Positions 28,243 to 38,783 of a DNA stretch of 64,000 nucleotides are shown here, piece by piece. Source of the stretch: Bdellovibrionales bacterium (GTDB taxonomy: Bacteria > Bdellovibrionota > Bdellovibrionia > Bdellovibrionales > UBA1609). Position numbers and translations under genes: made by a program. A model generated the notes under the pieces. The model was given only the letters and a program-made list of their open reading frames with translations. It was not told where the DNA came from and made no database searches. The stretch spans positions 1,760,001 to 1,824,000 of the forward strand of contig OZ241329.1 in assembly GCA_965199825.1 (NCBI GenBank). The letters run 5' to 3'. Position 1 is the stretch's first letter; each line of letters starts with the position of its first letter.

Positions 28243-30876
28243 ATGCCTAGATTAACTAGCGGAAAAAAACTTGTCATCGTTGAGTCGCCCACAAAAGCCA
28301 AAACCATCAAAAAATTTTTGGGCGCTAATTTTATGGTCGAGTCCTGCATGGGACATGTTCGTGATCTTCCCCAATCGGCCAAAGATATTCCAGAGAAATT
28401 TAAAAAACAAAAATGGGCGAATCTTGGGGTGAATGTCGATGATCATTTTAAGCCGATTTACTGCATTCCCAAAAACAAAACAAAAATTGTACGTGAACTC
28501 AAAAACTTGGTTGCTGAAGCTGATGAATTGATTCTCGCAACCGATGAAGATCGCGAAGGCGAAAGCATTTCTTGGCATTTGCTCGAATTGCTCAAACCCA
28601 CGGTCCCGGTCAAGCGTATGGTGTTTCATGAAATCACTAAAGAGGCGATTCATCAGGCTCTTAAAGATTTTCGCGATCTTGATGTGAATCTTGTGCGTGC
28701 TCAAGAAGCCAGAAGAATTCTTGATCGCTTGGTGGGATACACCATCTCTCCGTTATTGTGGAAAAAGGTTTCCTTTGGGCTTTCGGCAGGTCGGGTTCAA
28801 TCGGTGGCGGTCAGGTTAATTGCCGAGCGCGAGCACGAACGGCTGCGGTTTAAAAAATCAGAATATTGGGGGCTCTCGGCTTCGCACCAAAAAGACAGTG
28901 TTGGTTTTGATTCGCGATTGATTTCGTTTGATTCAAAACGGGTGGCCACCGGAAAAGATTTTGATGCGCTTACAGGAAAGCTCTTAAAAGAAAAAGATTT
29001 TTTGCATCTGGATCAAAAGCAAACCGATAGCATCGTCAAAGAAATTGCAGACAAAAATTTCGAAGTCACTCAGGTTGAAGAACGACCGGTCTCGCGCAAA
29101 CCTCAGCCGCCATTTATCACTTCGACATTGCAGCAAGAAGCCAATCGCAAGTTGGGCCTGCCTTCACGCGAAACCATGCAGCTTGCCCAAAAACTTTATG
29201 AGCGCGGCTTTATCACTTACATGCGAACCGATTCGACATTTTTATCTCAACAAGCATTGTTTGCTGCGCGTGAAAGTATCGAAAAACTCTATGGCAAAAA
29301 ATATTTGCCTTCAGAGCCGCGCGATTATGCGGCAAAAAAATCAAAGGGCGCTCAAGAGGCCCACGAAGCCATTCGGCCTGCGGGCACAAGCTTTCAGCAT
29401 CCTGAAGAAACCGGACTCACAGGAGTGCTCCAAAAAGTGTACGAGTTGATTTGGAAGCGCACCATGGCTTCGCAAATGGTCAACTCTGAGCAAAAACAAG
29501 TGAGTGTTCAGTTTAAAAACGGCAAAGCTGTGTTTTCTGCTTCTGGAATGACAATCGAATTTCCGGGATTTTTAAAAGCTTATGTTGAAGGTCAAGACGA
29601 TCCCGATCAAGCCTTAGAAGAACGAGAAGTGCGACTTCCCCAACTTTCAAAAGGGGAGTTGATCAAGGCTTTGAGTCTTAAGCCCACTGAGCATGAAACA
29701 AAACCTCCGGCTCGGTTTACCGAAGCCAGTCTCGTTCAAACCATGGAGCGCGAAGGAATCGGTCGTCCAAGTACCTATGCATCGATCATCGGAACCATTC
29801 AAGATCGGGGTTATGTCAAAAAAATTGGGACAGCACTTGTTCCTACTTTTACGGCGTTGGTGGTTTCAAAATTATTGCGCAACCATTTGCCCGATTATGT
29901 TGATCTCAAATTCACGTCGCAAATGGAAAAATCCCTCGATGATATTGCCGATGGAGATCTGGATTGGGAAAAATATCTTTCGACAATTTATTTTGGGAAG
30001 ACCGGTTTAAAATCACAAGTTGAAGCCCAAGAAAAATCGATCAACCCCGAAGAGTCGCGTGGCATTGCTCTTGATGGGCTTGATGATTTTAGTTTTCGTA
30101 TCGGTCGCTATGGGGCTTACGTGTGCCGTCCCGATGGCGAAAATGAGGTTTGTGCCAGTGTTCCTGAGTCGCAAACTCCAGGGGACATGACCCGTGAGGC
30201 GGCAAATAAACTGATTGATCAAAAAATAAAAGGTGCTGACAGCTTAGGGATTCACCCCGACACCAATCTAAAGATTTATGTTTTGACCGGTCGTTACGGT
30301 CCCTATGTGCAAATGGGTGAGGGCGAAGAGTCGGGTGCAAAACCAAAGCGTATGGCAATTCCACCTACAATGGATGCCACTCAACTGACGCTTGAACAGG
30401 CACTTCAACTTTTAGAATTACCAAAAACTTTGGGCGCGCATCCGGGAACCACGAAGGATGTAAAAAAGGGGCTTGGACGTTTTGGCCCTTACGTGGTGCA
30501 CGAAGGTGATTTTCGCTCGATTCCAAAAACCGAAAATCTTTTTACGCTGGATTTGATCAAAGCTCTTGAGCTTTTAAGCCAGCCAAAAAAAGGGCGGGGT
30601 CGTGCGGGCCCAATAAAAAGTTTGGGTGAGATGCCAAAAACCACAATTCCAATCGAAATTTACAGCGGCAAATATGGGCCTTATATGAAAGTGGGAAGCA
30701 AAAACTTTTCATTGCCAGAAGGGGAATTGCCCGAGGCTTGGACCATGGAAAAAGCCTTAAAGCTGATCGATGATAAAGGCGGAATTGATCTTGAAGAAGA
30801 AAAAAAACCGGTAAAGAAAAAAGCAAAAAAGAAAAAATCCGCTGTTAAGAAAGTCTCTGAAGTAAAGGTGAGCTGA
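28243..30876 (+). CDS. topA: DNA topoisomerase I (type IA, Topo_C repeats, Lys-rich tail)
   Basis: LVIVESP.K, ATDEDREGE, SAGRVQS, ITYMRTDS, GRPSTY, four GRYGPY-type repeats; GGAG RBS before ATG 28243. Confidence 0.97.
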   Translation: MPRLTSGKKLVIVESPTKAKTIKKFLGANFMVESCMGHVRDLPQSAKDIPEKFKKQKWANLGVNVDDHFKPIYCIPKNKTKIVRELKNLVAEADELILATDEDREGESISWHLLELLKPTVPVKRMVFHEITKEAIHQALKDFRDLDVNLVRAQEARRILDRLVGYTISPLLWKKVSFGLSAGRVQSVAVRLIAEREHERLRFKKSEYWGLSASHQKDSVGFDSRLISFDSKRVATGKDFDALTGKLLKEKDFLHLDQKQTDSIVKEIADKNFEVTQVEERPVSRKPQPPFITSTLQQEANRKLGLPSRETMQLAQKLYERGFITYMRTDSTFLSQQALFAARESIEKLYGKKYLPSEPRDYAAKKSKGAQEAHEAIRPAGTSFQHPEETGLTGVLQKVYELIWKRTMASQMVNSEQKQVSVQFKNGKAVFSASGMTIEFPGFLKAYVEGQDDPDQALEEREVRLPQLSKGELIKALSLKPTEHETKPPARFTEASLVQTMEREGIGRPSTYASIIGTIQDRGYVKKIGTALVPTFTALVVSKLLRNHLPDYVDLKFTSQMEKSLDDIADGDLDWEKYLSTIYFGKTGLKSQVEAQEKSINPEESRGIALDGLDDFSFRIGRYGAYVCRPDGENEVCASVPESQTPGDMTREAANKLIDQKIKGADSLGIHPDTNLKIYVLTGRYGPYVQMGEGEESGAKPKRMAIPPTMDATQLTLEQALQLLELPKTLGAHPGTTKDVKKGLGRFGPYVVHEGDFRSIPKTENLFTLDLIKALELLSQPKKGRGRAGPIKSLGEMPKTTIPIEIYSGKYGPYMKVGSKNFSLPEGELPEAWTMEKALKLIDDKGGIDLEEEKKPVKKKAKKKKSAVKKVSEVKVS

Positions 30877-30881
30877 TTCAG

Positions 30882-31595
30882 TTGAAGCCTTTAAGCTTTT
30901 ATTTTTTTGATTTTGACGAAAATATTTTGTTTTTGAACACAACCTCATTTCTTTATCATAAAGATCATGACCATGAGGTTGAGCTCACTAGCCGCCAATA
31001 TTCGAATCACTACTACGACATCGGACAGCGCGGGCCTTATCAAAATTATGAAGTGCGCAAACACAGCTTCAGAAATTTTTCAGATCATAATGATGAGCCT
31101 CATCAATTTTTAAAAGATATGTCTGAGCTGGTGTCTTTACAGCACAAAGAGTGGCAAGGGCCGTCGTGGCAATTTTTTGAGCACGCGGTGGCTCAAGCTC
31201 GACCATTGTCGTTGATCACTGCGCGCGGCCACCGGCCCGAAACTTTAAGGCAAGGCATTTCGCTTCTTGTACAAAATCGCCATCTTCAGCGTGAGCCAAA
31301 CTACCATACGATTTATCCGGTGATTCATCCCGATACAGCATCACAATTGGTAAGCCAAGAGCACTTTGAAAATGTGCCGGTGTTAAAGGCCCGCGCCTTT
31401 CGAGAATCAGTTCTGCAAGGTCTAGAAATATACGGGGAGCATCTTGAACATCGATTCGGGATGTCTGATGATAATCGTGATAACTTAGATGCAATTGAGC
31501 AAGAAATGCGAGTGATGAAAAAACAATTTCGTCATTTGCGTTTTTATTTAATTGCGACTTGTGATGGAAAGTTCACACGTACCGAAGTCTTGTAA
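30882..31595 (+). CDS. HAD-superfamily-like hypothetical protein
   Basis: FDFDEN (motif I), ITARGH (motif II), FGMSDD (motif IV). Confidence 0.6.
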   Translation: MKPLSFYFFDFDENILFLNTTSFLYHKDHDHEVELTSRQYSNHYYDIGQRGPYQNYEVRKHSFRNFSDHNDEPHQFLKDMSELVSLQHKEWQGPSWQFFEHAVAQARPLSLITARGHRPETLRQGISLLVQNRHLQREPNYHTIYPVIHPDTASQLVSQEHFENVPVLKARAFRESVLQGLEIYGEHLEHRFGMSDDNRDNLDAIEQEMRVMKKQFRHLRFYLIATCDGKFTRTEVL

Positions 31596-31635
31596 TGTTA
31601 AGTAAGACCAAAGACTCTTAGATTAAGGAAAAGAA

Positions 31636-33765
31636 ATGAAAATTACAGTTTCCCTGCTTTCTTTATTTTTCAGCTGCTTGGTTTATGCAAAGGCTCCAGG
31701 CTCACAAACTCTTGAGCTGAGCTGTGTGCATTTGTATCCGATCCAGCTCAAGTATCTTGAAAAACACATCATGTATGCAGACGAAACTCCTGATCTCGAG
31801 AAGCGAACGATTGATCAGCTGATCAAAAAATTTGACGCCACCAAATTGTATTTGATGGATAAAGATATCGCCACAATTGAGAACTCGCTCAAAGGGGTAT
31901 TTAAAAAAGTTCAGAAAAAAGATTGTTCAAGTATTGAGGCGGCACAAACTCTTTATGTTCAACGGGTCAAAGACCGATTCGATCATGCCAAAAAATATTT
32001 AAGCACCAAATTTAAGTTTAATCCCAAAACCGAAATCGTGCTCGATCCCGACCATAGAAAACGGGCAAAAACTATTGCCGACTCCAACAGCTTTCACGAC
32101 AAATACATTCAGTATCAAGTGGCAACCTATGTGGCTTCTGGCAGTAAACCTGAAGAGGCGCGAGGTCAGGTCATTAGAAATTATGAGCGCGCTTTAAAAC
32201 GAATCGAAACTTTGCCTAAAACAGATTTATGGACAATGTATCTTGATTCGTTTTCGCGGGCTCTTGATCCCCACTCCAGCTACATGAGTGCCGATCAGCT
32301 TGCAGATTTTGAAATTCAGATGCGTTTGAGTTTAGAGGGAATCGGCGCAACCTTGAGCTCTAAAGATGGCTTTACGGTGATTGAGCAATTGATTCCGGGT
32401 GGAGCTGCGGGCCTTTCTGGAAAATTAAAAAATCGTGATAAGATTATCGCGGTTGCTCAAGGAGATTCTGACGAATTTGTGAATGTGATCGAGATGGATC
32501 TTCGCGAAGTGGTCAAACTGATCCGCGGTGATAAAGGATCAAAAGTAAAACTCAAGATTTTACGAAAGACCGCTTCCGAAAGTCAGCGATTTGAGGTGGC
32601 TCTCATTCGTGACAAAATTAAATTGGAAGATGAAGCCGCGTCCATCACCTATCTTGATCGTGAAGTGGGCGGAGTTAAGAAAAAAATCGGATTGGTGAAT
32701 CTGCCATCTTTTTACGCCGACAGTCGCCGCGACGGTCCTAGTGCGTCGTCTGATCTAAAAAAACTTTTAGCCGAAGCCAAAACAAAAAATGTTGATGGAT
32801 TAGTTTTGGATGTCTCAAACAACGGCGGGGGACAACTCTCGGATGCGGTAAAAATTGCGGGTCAATTTTTTGCTCGCGGCAATGTGGTAAAACAATCTCA
32901 AAGACCCGAAGCCGAAAATCAGCCGGTGCAGTATGAAGTGCTTCGCGATGTGGATGACAAAGTAGACTACAGTGGACCGCTTGTGATTCTCACGAGCCGC
33001 ATTAGTGCGTCGGCTTCAGAAATTGTGTCGGGAACTTTGCAAGATTATAACCGTGCGGTGATTGTTGGTGGAGATCACACTTTTGGCAAAGGCAGTGTGC
33101 AGTCGGTTGAATATTTACCACCAGGTCTTGGCGCGGTTAAAACCACGGTTGGAATGTTCTTTACCGCTGGTGGACAAAGTACCCAGCACCGCGGGGTGAG
33201 CGCCGATGTGACTTTGCCCAGTGTTCTATCTACCGATGAAATTGGCGAAAAAAATCTCGATTATTCTTTAAAGCCAAAACGAATCGAGAGTTTTATCTCT
33301 AAAGAAGCTTTTGTGAACGAAGGTCCATCGGCATGGAAAGTTCTGAATGGCGAACTGATGGGCAAGCTGCGCAAAAAATCCGAAGCACGTGTGGCGGTTG
33401 AAAAAGGATTTAAAAAAGTTCGCGAAGATATCGTTAAAGCACACAAACACATTAAATCTTTAGTGGTGGGTGAGCTGATTAAAGAACATAACGACAAACG
33501 CCAAGCGACTAAGGATGCCGAAGCTGCGAGCAAAACAAAATTGGCTCAAGGTAAAGAAGCACCGGCTGCTGTGACCAATTCGGAAGACGAAGATGATGAT
33601 GGCGATGTGAATCTTTCGCACGAAGAGCGACAAAAAAAATATCTGCAACGCGCAGATGTTCAAGAGGCGGTCAACGTGACTGCAGATTTGATTGCCGAAC
33701 TGGATCGTACCCCGCTCCGCATCGGATCAAAAGACGAGCAAGCGCCGCCTAAACCGGCAAACTAA
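31636..33765 (+). CDS. prc: Carboxy-terminal processing (tail-specific) protease, S41A
   Basis: DPHSSY, LEGIGA, PDZ, LD..NNGGG, SASASEI, TFGKGSVQ, STQ..GV..D. Confidence 0.93.
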   Translation: MKITVSLLSLFFSCLVYAKAPGSQTLELSCVHLYPIQLKYLEKHIMYADETPDLEKRTIDQLIKKFDATKLYLMDKDIATIENSLKGVFKKVQKKDCSSIEAAQTLYVQRVKDRFDHAKKYLSTKFKFNPKTEIVLDPDHRKRAKTIADSNSFHDKYIQYQVATYVASGSKPEEARGQVIRNYERALKRIETLPKTDLWTMYLDSFSRALDPHSSYMSADQLADFEIQMRLSLEGIGATLSSKDGFTVIEQLIPGGAAGLSGKLKNRDKIIAVAQGDSDEFVNVIEMDLREVVKLIRGDKGSKVKLKILRKTASESQRFEVALIRDKIKLEDEAASITYLDREVGGVKKKIGLVNLPSFYADSRRDGPSASSDLKKLLAEAKTKNVDGLVLDVSNNGGGQLSDAVKIAGQFFARGNVVKQSQRPEAENQPVQYEVLRDVDDKVDYSGPLVILTSRISASASEIVSGTLQDYNRAVIVGGDHTFGKGSVQSVEYLPPGLGAVKTTVGMFFTAGGQSTQHRGVSADVTLPSVLSTDEIGEKNLDYSLKPKRIESFISKEAFVNEGPSAWKVLNGELMGKLRKKSEARVAVEKGFKKVREDIVKAHKHIKSLVVGELIKEHNDKRQATKDAEAASKTKLAQGKEAPAAVTNSEDEDDDGDVNLSHEERQKKYLQRADVQEAVNVTADLIAELDRTPLRIGSKDEQAPPKPAN

Positions 33766-33773
33766 TTTTGACA

Positions 33774-33799
33774 TCAAATCGGCACCCGAGTACCGATAA
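33774..33799 (+). promoter_or_regulatory. Candidate sigma28 (FliA) promoter
   Basis: TCAA-N14-ACCGATAA in the short prc/E1-alpha gap. Confidence 0.35.
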
Positions 33800-34822
33800 G
33801 TGATGGCCAAAATGAATAAGACACCAAAGCGGAAGTTGAGAATCAAACCTCAACTTGCGCTTCAGATGTACGACTTGATGATAAAATCTCGGGTTCTTGA
33901 AGAACGACTCATTAAAATTTATAAAGCAGGCGAAGGCTTTTTTTGGATCGGTGGCCCCGGTGAAGAAGCTTTTGGTGTTGCGCTTGGTCTCTTGATCAAA
34001 AAAGGCCAAGGTGTCGAATACGATTATCTTCATTTGCATTATCGCTGCAGCTCGACGCTTGTGACCTTAGGGATGCAGATGGACGATGCGATTCGAATGA
34101 TGATGAATCGGGCAACCGACCCGTGCTCGGGAGGTCGAAACTTTTCGGGTCATTACTGTTTTCCTGAGTGGAATGTTGTGCCTGTGTCTTCGCCTATCGA
34201 AGTCCAGTATCTTGCAGCTCTCGGTACCGCACACATTCAAAGAAAAAGCTCTGCAAACGGAATTACCATTGTGACCGGCGGGGATGCGGGGACTGCAGAA
34301 GGTGATTTTGCCTCTTCACTCGTTTGGGCCTCACGACCAAAAGCCGAGTTGCCGATGTTGATCACCGTCCAAAATAATCGTTTTGGAATTTCGACCACTT
34401 ATGAAAGTCAGCACGGCGAAAAATTTATTGCCGATCGCGGTAAAGCTTTTGGAATCAAAACGATGGTCATCAATGGAAATGATCCTGTCGAAGCTTATCT
34501 CAAATTGTCCGAAGCGATGGCCTATGTACGAAGGTATCGAAAACCCCTTTTGCTTGAAGCCAAAGTCTCGCGTCTTTATGGGCACTCATCAGCCTCTGGT
34601 GCAAATCTCGACGAGGGTTTTGATTGCCTGACTCAATTTGAAAAAACCCTCAAATCTTTAAAATTGCTTGATGATGCCACCGCCAAACAAATTTGGGATA
34701 ACTATGAGCAAGAGGGCAAAACAGCTCAAGAAAAAGTTCGCGCTGAGGCCTCGCCTGTTGCCGAAACCATTTGGGATCACGTTTATGCAAATCAGGAAAA
34801 TTCGGACTGGAGAAAATTTTAA
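33800..34822 (+). CDS. 2-oxoacid (branched-chain/pyruvate) dehydrogenase E1 alpha
   Basis: TPP motif GDAGTAEGDF...NN, RLYGHSS. Confidence 0.9.
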   Translation: MMAKMNKTPKRKLRIKPQLALQMYDLMIKSRVLEERLIKIYKAGEGFFWIGGPGEEAFGVALGLLIKKGQGVEYDYLHLHYRCSSTLVTLGMQMDDAIRMMMNRATDPCSGGRNFSGHYCFPEWNVVPVSSPIEVQYLAALGTAHIQRKSSANGITIVTGGDAGTAEGDFASSLVWASRPKAELPMLITVQNNRFGISTTYESQHGEKFIADRGKAFGIKTMVINGNDPVEAYLKLSEAMAYVRRYRKPLLLEAKVSRLYGHSSASGANLDEGFDCLTQFEKTLKSLKLLDDATAKQIWDNYEQEGKTAQEKVRAEASPVAETIWDHVYANQENSDWRKF

Positions 34823-35869
34823 ATGGCAAACATGGCGCAGGCGATTCGTATGGCCCTTCACCACGGCGAAAAGCATTTGGATGTTTGTGATATTTTTGGT
34901 CAAGACGTTGGTGCACCACTCGGGGGAGTGTTTACCGCGACTCAAGGTTTAAAAAACACCTGGAACACTCCTTTAGATGAGCGTGGAATTATTGGAACCG
35001 CTTTAGGTATTGGCCTTACCGGAAAACGCTGTGTGGCCGAAATTCAGTTTGGCGATTATATTTTCAACACAATTGATTTACTTAAAATGATTGGCAACAC
35101 AAGCTGGGTTTCCAATGGCAATTACCATTTGCCCATTGTGATCATGACGCCGGTGGGTGGTGGAATTCGTGGCTCGATTTATCACTCACACAGTTTTGAT
35201 GCTTGGGCGACTCGAATTCCGGGATTTAAAGTTGTGATGCCTTCAACACCCTATGACGCCTATGGCCTGATGCTCTCGAGCATCGAAGATCCCAATCCGG
35301 TTTTATTTTTAAAACCCAAAGCATTGATGCGCGTTCGGGGTCATGAGCTTTTGCCAGGCGAACCAGAAAATGAGCGTGATCTCAAATCGATGATTGATGC
35401 TCCATTGGGTGATCGCACTAAATGGAAGCCTCAATGGCCCGAAATTGGTGATGTCAAAATTCCATTGGGAAAAGCAAATTGTGTCAAAGAGGGAAGTGAT
35501 CTGACCGTTGTCAGCTATGGACGAACCTTACCCATCTGTTTAAAAATTGCCCAAGAATTTGAAAATCAAATTGAGGTGATCGATCTGCGAACTCTTTATC
35601 CTTATGATTGGCAGATGATTTCGGAATCGATTAAAAAAACAAGGCGAGTGATTTTTGTGAACGAAGACACCGAGGTCACAAATTTCGGTGAGCACCTAGC
35701 CTATCGAGCAACCCAAGAACTTTTTTATGAGCTCCTTGCACGGCCCAAAGTGGTGGCGGGCAAAAATTTGCCGGGCGTGGGACTTTATCCAGCCCTTGAA
35801 GAAGAAACTCTTCCGTACGCTCCACAAATTCGCCAAGCCTTTCAAGAGATATTGGATGAAGTTCCATGA
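34823..35869 (+). CDS. 2-oxoacid dehydrogenase E1 beta
   Basis: GQDV...GGVF.AT.GL, TPLDE.GIIG, AEIQF.DY, YHSHS, VIDLRTL.P.D. Confidence 0.92.
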   Translation: MANMAQAIRMALHHGEKHLDVCDIFGQDVGAPLGGVFTATQGLKNTWNTPLDERGIIGTALGIGLTGKRCVAEIQFGDYIFNTIDLLKMIGNTSWVSNGNYHLPIVIMTPVGGGIRGSIYHSHSFDAWATRIPGFKVVMPSTPYDAYGLMLSSIEDPNPVLFLKPKALMRVRGHELLPGEPENERDLKSMIDAPLGDRTKWKPQWPEIGDVKIPLGKANCVKEGSDLTVVSYGRTLPICLKIAQEFENQIEVIDLRTLYPYDWQMISESIKKTRRVIFVNEDTEVTNFGEHLAYRATQELFYELLARPKVVAGKNLPGVGLYPALEEETLPYAPQIRQAFQEILDEVP

Positions 35870-36648
35870 AGTTTGATAAATACGAAATTTACTCTGAAGC
35901 GGTGCAATCCCCCGAAGCCGATATGGAATTTGTTCGCGATGTTTATAAGGAGCTTCGCGGTCGGCCAGCTCATGTGTTGCGCGAGGATTTTTGCGGGGCT
36001 TTTTTAAATTCCTGCACTTGGGTTAAAATGAATCGAAAGAATGTGGCTTACGGATTAGATCTTGATCCTGAACCACTTGATTACGGCAAAACAAAATATT
36101 TGCCCAAGCTTTCAAAAAATCAGCAGGCGAGAGTGCAGGTTTTAGAGGGCAACGTTTTAGATTCTTTTGATTCAAAAGTGGACATCGTTTCGGCCTCAAA
36201 CTTTTCTTATTTTATTTTTAAAACGCGTGAACAACTCAAAAATTATTTTGTTAAAGCGCGCGAGGGTTTAAACAAAAACGGAATTTTCATTGTGGATTGT
36301 TTTGGGGGATCCGATGCCCAACTCGCCAATGAAGAAAAAACGAAACATCGCAAGTTTACCTATTTTTGGGATCAAGTTTCATTTGATCCGGTCACGTACT
36401 TTGCCACCTTTCATATTCACTTTTTGCTCAAGAATGAAACCAAACGGAGAACAAAAGTTTTTACCTACGATTGGCGGCTGTGGACTATCCCGGAACTTCA
36501 GGATTTGATGATCGATGCGGGATTTTCAAAAACTCATGTCTACTGGGAAGGAACAACCAAAAAAGGCAAGGGCGACGGAAAATTTAAAAGAGTCACTCAC
36601 GGAGAAGAATGTCAGGGCTGGATTGCTTACGTGGTCGGCGAAAAATAA
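35866..36648 (+). CDS. Class I SAM-dependent methyltransferase
   Basis: Y..AVQSP, LREDFCG, GLDLD, NFSY, FTYDWRLW. Confidence 0.8.
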   Translation: MKFDKYEIYSEAVQSPEADMEFVRDVYKELRGRPAHVLREDFCGAFLNSCTWVKMNRKNVAYGLDLDPEPLDYGKTKYLPKLSKNQQARVQVLEGNVLDSFDSKVDIVSASNFSYFIFKTREQLKNYFVKAREGLNKNGIFIVDCFGGSDAQLANEEKTKHRKFTYFWDQVSFDPVTYFATFHIHFLLKNETKRRTKVFTYDWRLWTIPELQDLMIDAGFSKTHVYWEGTTKKGKGDGKFKRVTHGEECQGWIAYVVGEK

Positions 36649-36651
36649 TCT

Positions 36652-37008
36652 TTAAGGTATGACCGTGGTGGTGCACACCGAAGAATTTCCATAAAAACAG
36701 TTTGCGCTGAGTTTTGTCAGTTGAACGATGGCGTTAAGAAAAAGGTTTGATGTCGCTTGAGCTGGATCCGAATTGTATTTGATAAAAACAGGACAAACAG
36801 CTTCAACCTCACCTTGCGAGTTCTTGACCATTTCGGATGCGATCTCTTGAGCAGGAATATCAGACAAACGATAATTGCTTAAGGTGAGTGGCGATCCGCT
36901 ACAATAGAGTTCTGTATTTACTTTTGTAGAACCATTAAAGGCCACAAAGGTGATGACCTCAACCTGTGCTGTAGCAAAAAGAAAACTCGCGCACAAAAGT
37001 GAAATCAT
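36652..37008 (-). CDS. Small secreted Cys-containing hypothetical protein
   Basis: GGAG RBS, signal-like N-terminus, 4 Cys in the mature part. Confidence 0.6.
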   Translation of the reverse strand: MISLLCASFLFATAQVEVITFVAFNGSTKVNTELYCSGSPLTLSNYRLSDIPAQEIASEMVKNSQGEVEAVCPVFIKYNSDPAQATSNLFLNAIVQLTKLSANCFYGNSSVCTTTVIP

Positions 37009-37017
37009 AAAATGCTC

Positions 37018-38169
37018 CTAGGCTTCAAGAGGCGATTGGCTCGATTGGCTCAGCATGACGCTCAGTACAGTCAATAAGAGCACACCGAGGGCGACGGGTA
37101 AAAGTCCGAAATGAAGAAGGGGTGCAATTGATGCAGTACTTAACGCAGAAATACCCAGTGAGAGCGACATCAGTAACCCCGAAGCTTGGCCCGCATGTGA
37201 TCCGGCATTATCCAGCGATCTTGCAAACAATGTGGGCGCGCGAAATCCAAGACCTGCTCCGAAACAACACCAACCCATAGAGAGTGTTACAAAATACGAA
37301 GGCAAAAACAGCGCGAGACTTAAAAAAATCAAGCCTGATAATATTTGGAGGCACGAACCAAAAAATAAAACTCTCTCGGTGCCATATTTTTCGACCATGC
37401 GTCCACCCTGAGATGCGGTAGCAATAAAGGCAATCACCGCAAGAACTTGAAGCAAAGAAAAATAGCGCATCGAAATATTAAATGAGCTGGCGATAATTTG
37501 GGGAGCACTGGTCACAAACATCATGAGCGCCGAATACATAAACGAATAGCTCAACGAACTTTTAAGAAAGTTTTTGGAACCCGCAATTTCTTTTAGATTT
37601 TTGAGTAAATTGTTTTTATTGAGTGCGGGATGAGAGGCACCACGTACGACTTTGGAAACAAAAGGAATAAGTATCAATGTCATCAAAGAGATTGCCCAAA
37701 AAGCCGAGCGCCAATCAAAAAACGAAATCAGTATAGCCCCAAGAATGGGACCAAGAGCAGGGGCAAAAGACTCGGCCATCCCTACCACTGCAATGGAGCG
37801 CACAGCATCTGCACCTTGAAAAGTTTTTTTGAGAAGGGCCGGCACCACTGCGGTTGCGGCTCCAGCGCCTAAACCTTGAAATGCTCGGCCCACAATTAAA
37901 AAATCGATATTGTCGGCCAACGCACAAGCAACACTTGCCAAAAATAACAAGGCCATTCCGCATTTTAGAATGAGTTTTTCACCGTATTGGTCTGACAACC
38001 ATCCCCAAAGAATTTGGGAGAAAGCGAGGGTCGCCATAAAGCTTGCAAGCGTGTACTGACTTTGAGCAATCGATCCGCCAAATAAAGCGGGCAAACTCGG
38101 AACGGCTGGAAGATACAAGTCGGTTGCAAGACAACCCACCGCGGTCAGCGATGCCAGAGGCAAGGCCAT
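37018..38169 (-). CDS. Bcr/CflA family MFS drug efflux transporter
   Basis: TDLYLPA.P, G.LSD.YG, GRAFQG.G, PALGPILG, WR..F. Confidence 0.88.
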   Translation of the reverse strand: MALPLASLTAVGCLATDLYLPAVPSLPALFGGSIAQSQYTLASFMATLAFSQILWGWLSDQYGEKLILKCGMALLFLASVACALADNIDFLIVGRAFQGLGAGAATAVVPALLKKTFQGADAVRSIAVVGMAESFAPALGPILGAILISFFDWRSAFWAISLMTLILIPFVSKVVRGASHPALNKNNLLKNLKEIAGSKNFLKSSLSYSFMYSALMMFVTSAPQIIASSFNISMRYFSLLQVLAVIAFIATASQGGRMVEKYGTERVLFFGSCLQILSGLIFLSLALFLPSYFVTLSMGWCCFGAGLGFRAPTLFARSLDNAGSHAGQASGLLMSLSLGISALSTASIAPLLHFGLLPVALGVLLLTVLSVMLSQSSQSPLEA

Positions 38170-38264
38170 TTCGATAACGTTCGGTTTTGCAGATTTAACG
38201 GTAAACTCCCATTTTAAAAGTGAGTGACCGTACCATCAAAAATCAAAAAGCTAAATAATTTTTA

Positions 38265-38783
38265 TTAAGGTGTGAGCTCTTGTTTTGTAAACAAAGCGCT
38301 GACTTTTAGGTCTTTTGCAGCCAACTTTTGAATTGCACTGTCCTCGCGCAAGATCACACACAAAACGCTTGAGATGCTTGCGCCAAGACCACAAAGGTCT
38401 TCGGCAGAGAGCAAAACTTGGCCGCCGGTCGTAATGACATCTTCAATAATCAAAACTTTTTTGTTTTTAAGTTCTAGTCCTTCAGCCACTCGACAGGTGC
38501 CGTAGGGTTTGGCAGCTTTACGGACAAAGGTACAAGGAAGACCTGTTTCAAACGAGAGCGCAACAGCGATGGGCACACCACCAAGTTCGAGTCCTGCCAA
38601 CACTTCGGTGTCCGATGGTAGGAGGGGCGCCATGTGCTTTGCGATATGTTTTAAAATATCGGGTTGGGATTCAAACCTGTATTTATCAAAATACTCATTG
38701 GAGGTTTGACCAGATCGTAATTTAAATTGGCCGACGAGATGAGAGACCTCATAAACTTTTTTTGCTAACTCTTGTTTTGTCAA
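38265..38783 (-). CDS. pyrE: Orotate phosphoribosyltransferase
   Basis: F.LRSG..S..YFD, RK..K.YG, IIEDVITTG; likely TTG start at 38783 inside cutA. Confidence 0.9.
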   Translation of the reverse strand: MTKQELAKKVYEVSHLVGQFKLRSGQTSNEYFDKYRFESQPDILKHIAKHMAPLLPSDTEVLAGLELGGVPIAVALSFETGLPCTFVRKAAKPYGTCRVAEGLELKNKKVLIIEDVITTGGQVLLSAEDLCGLGASISSVLCVILREDSAIQKLAAKDLKVSALFTKQELTP

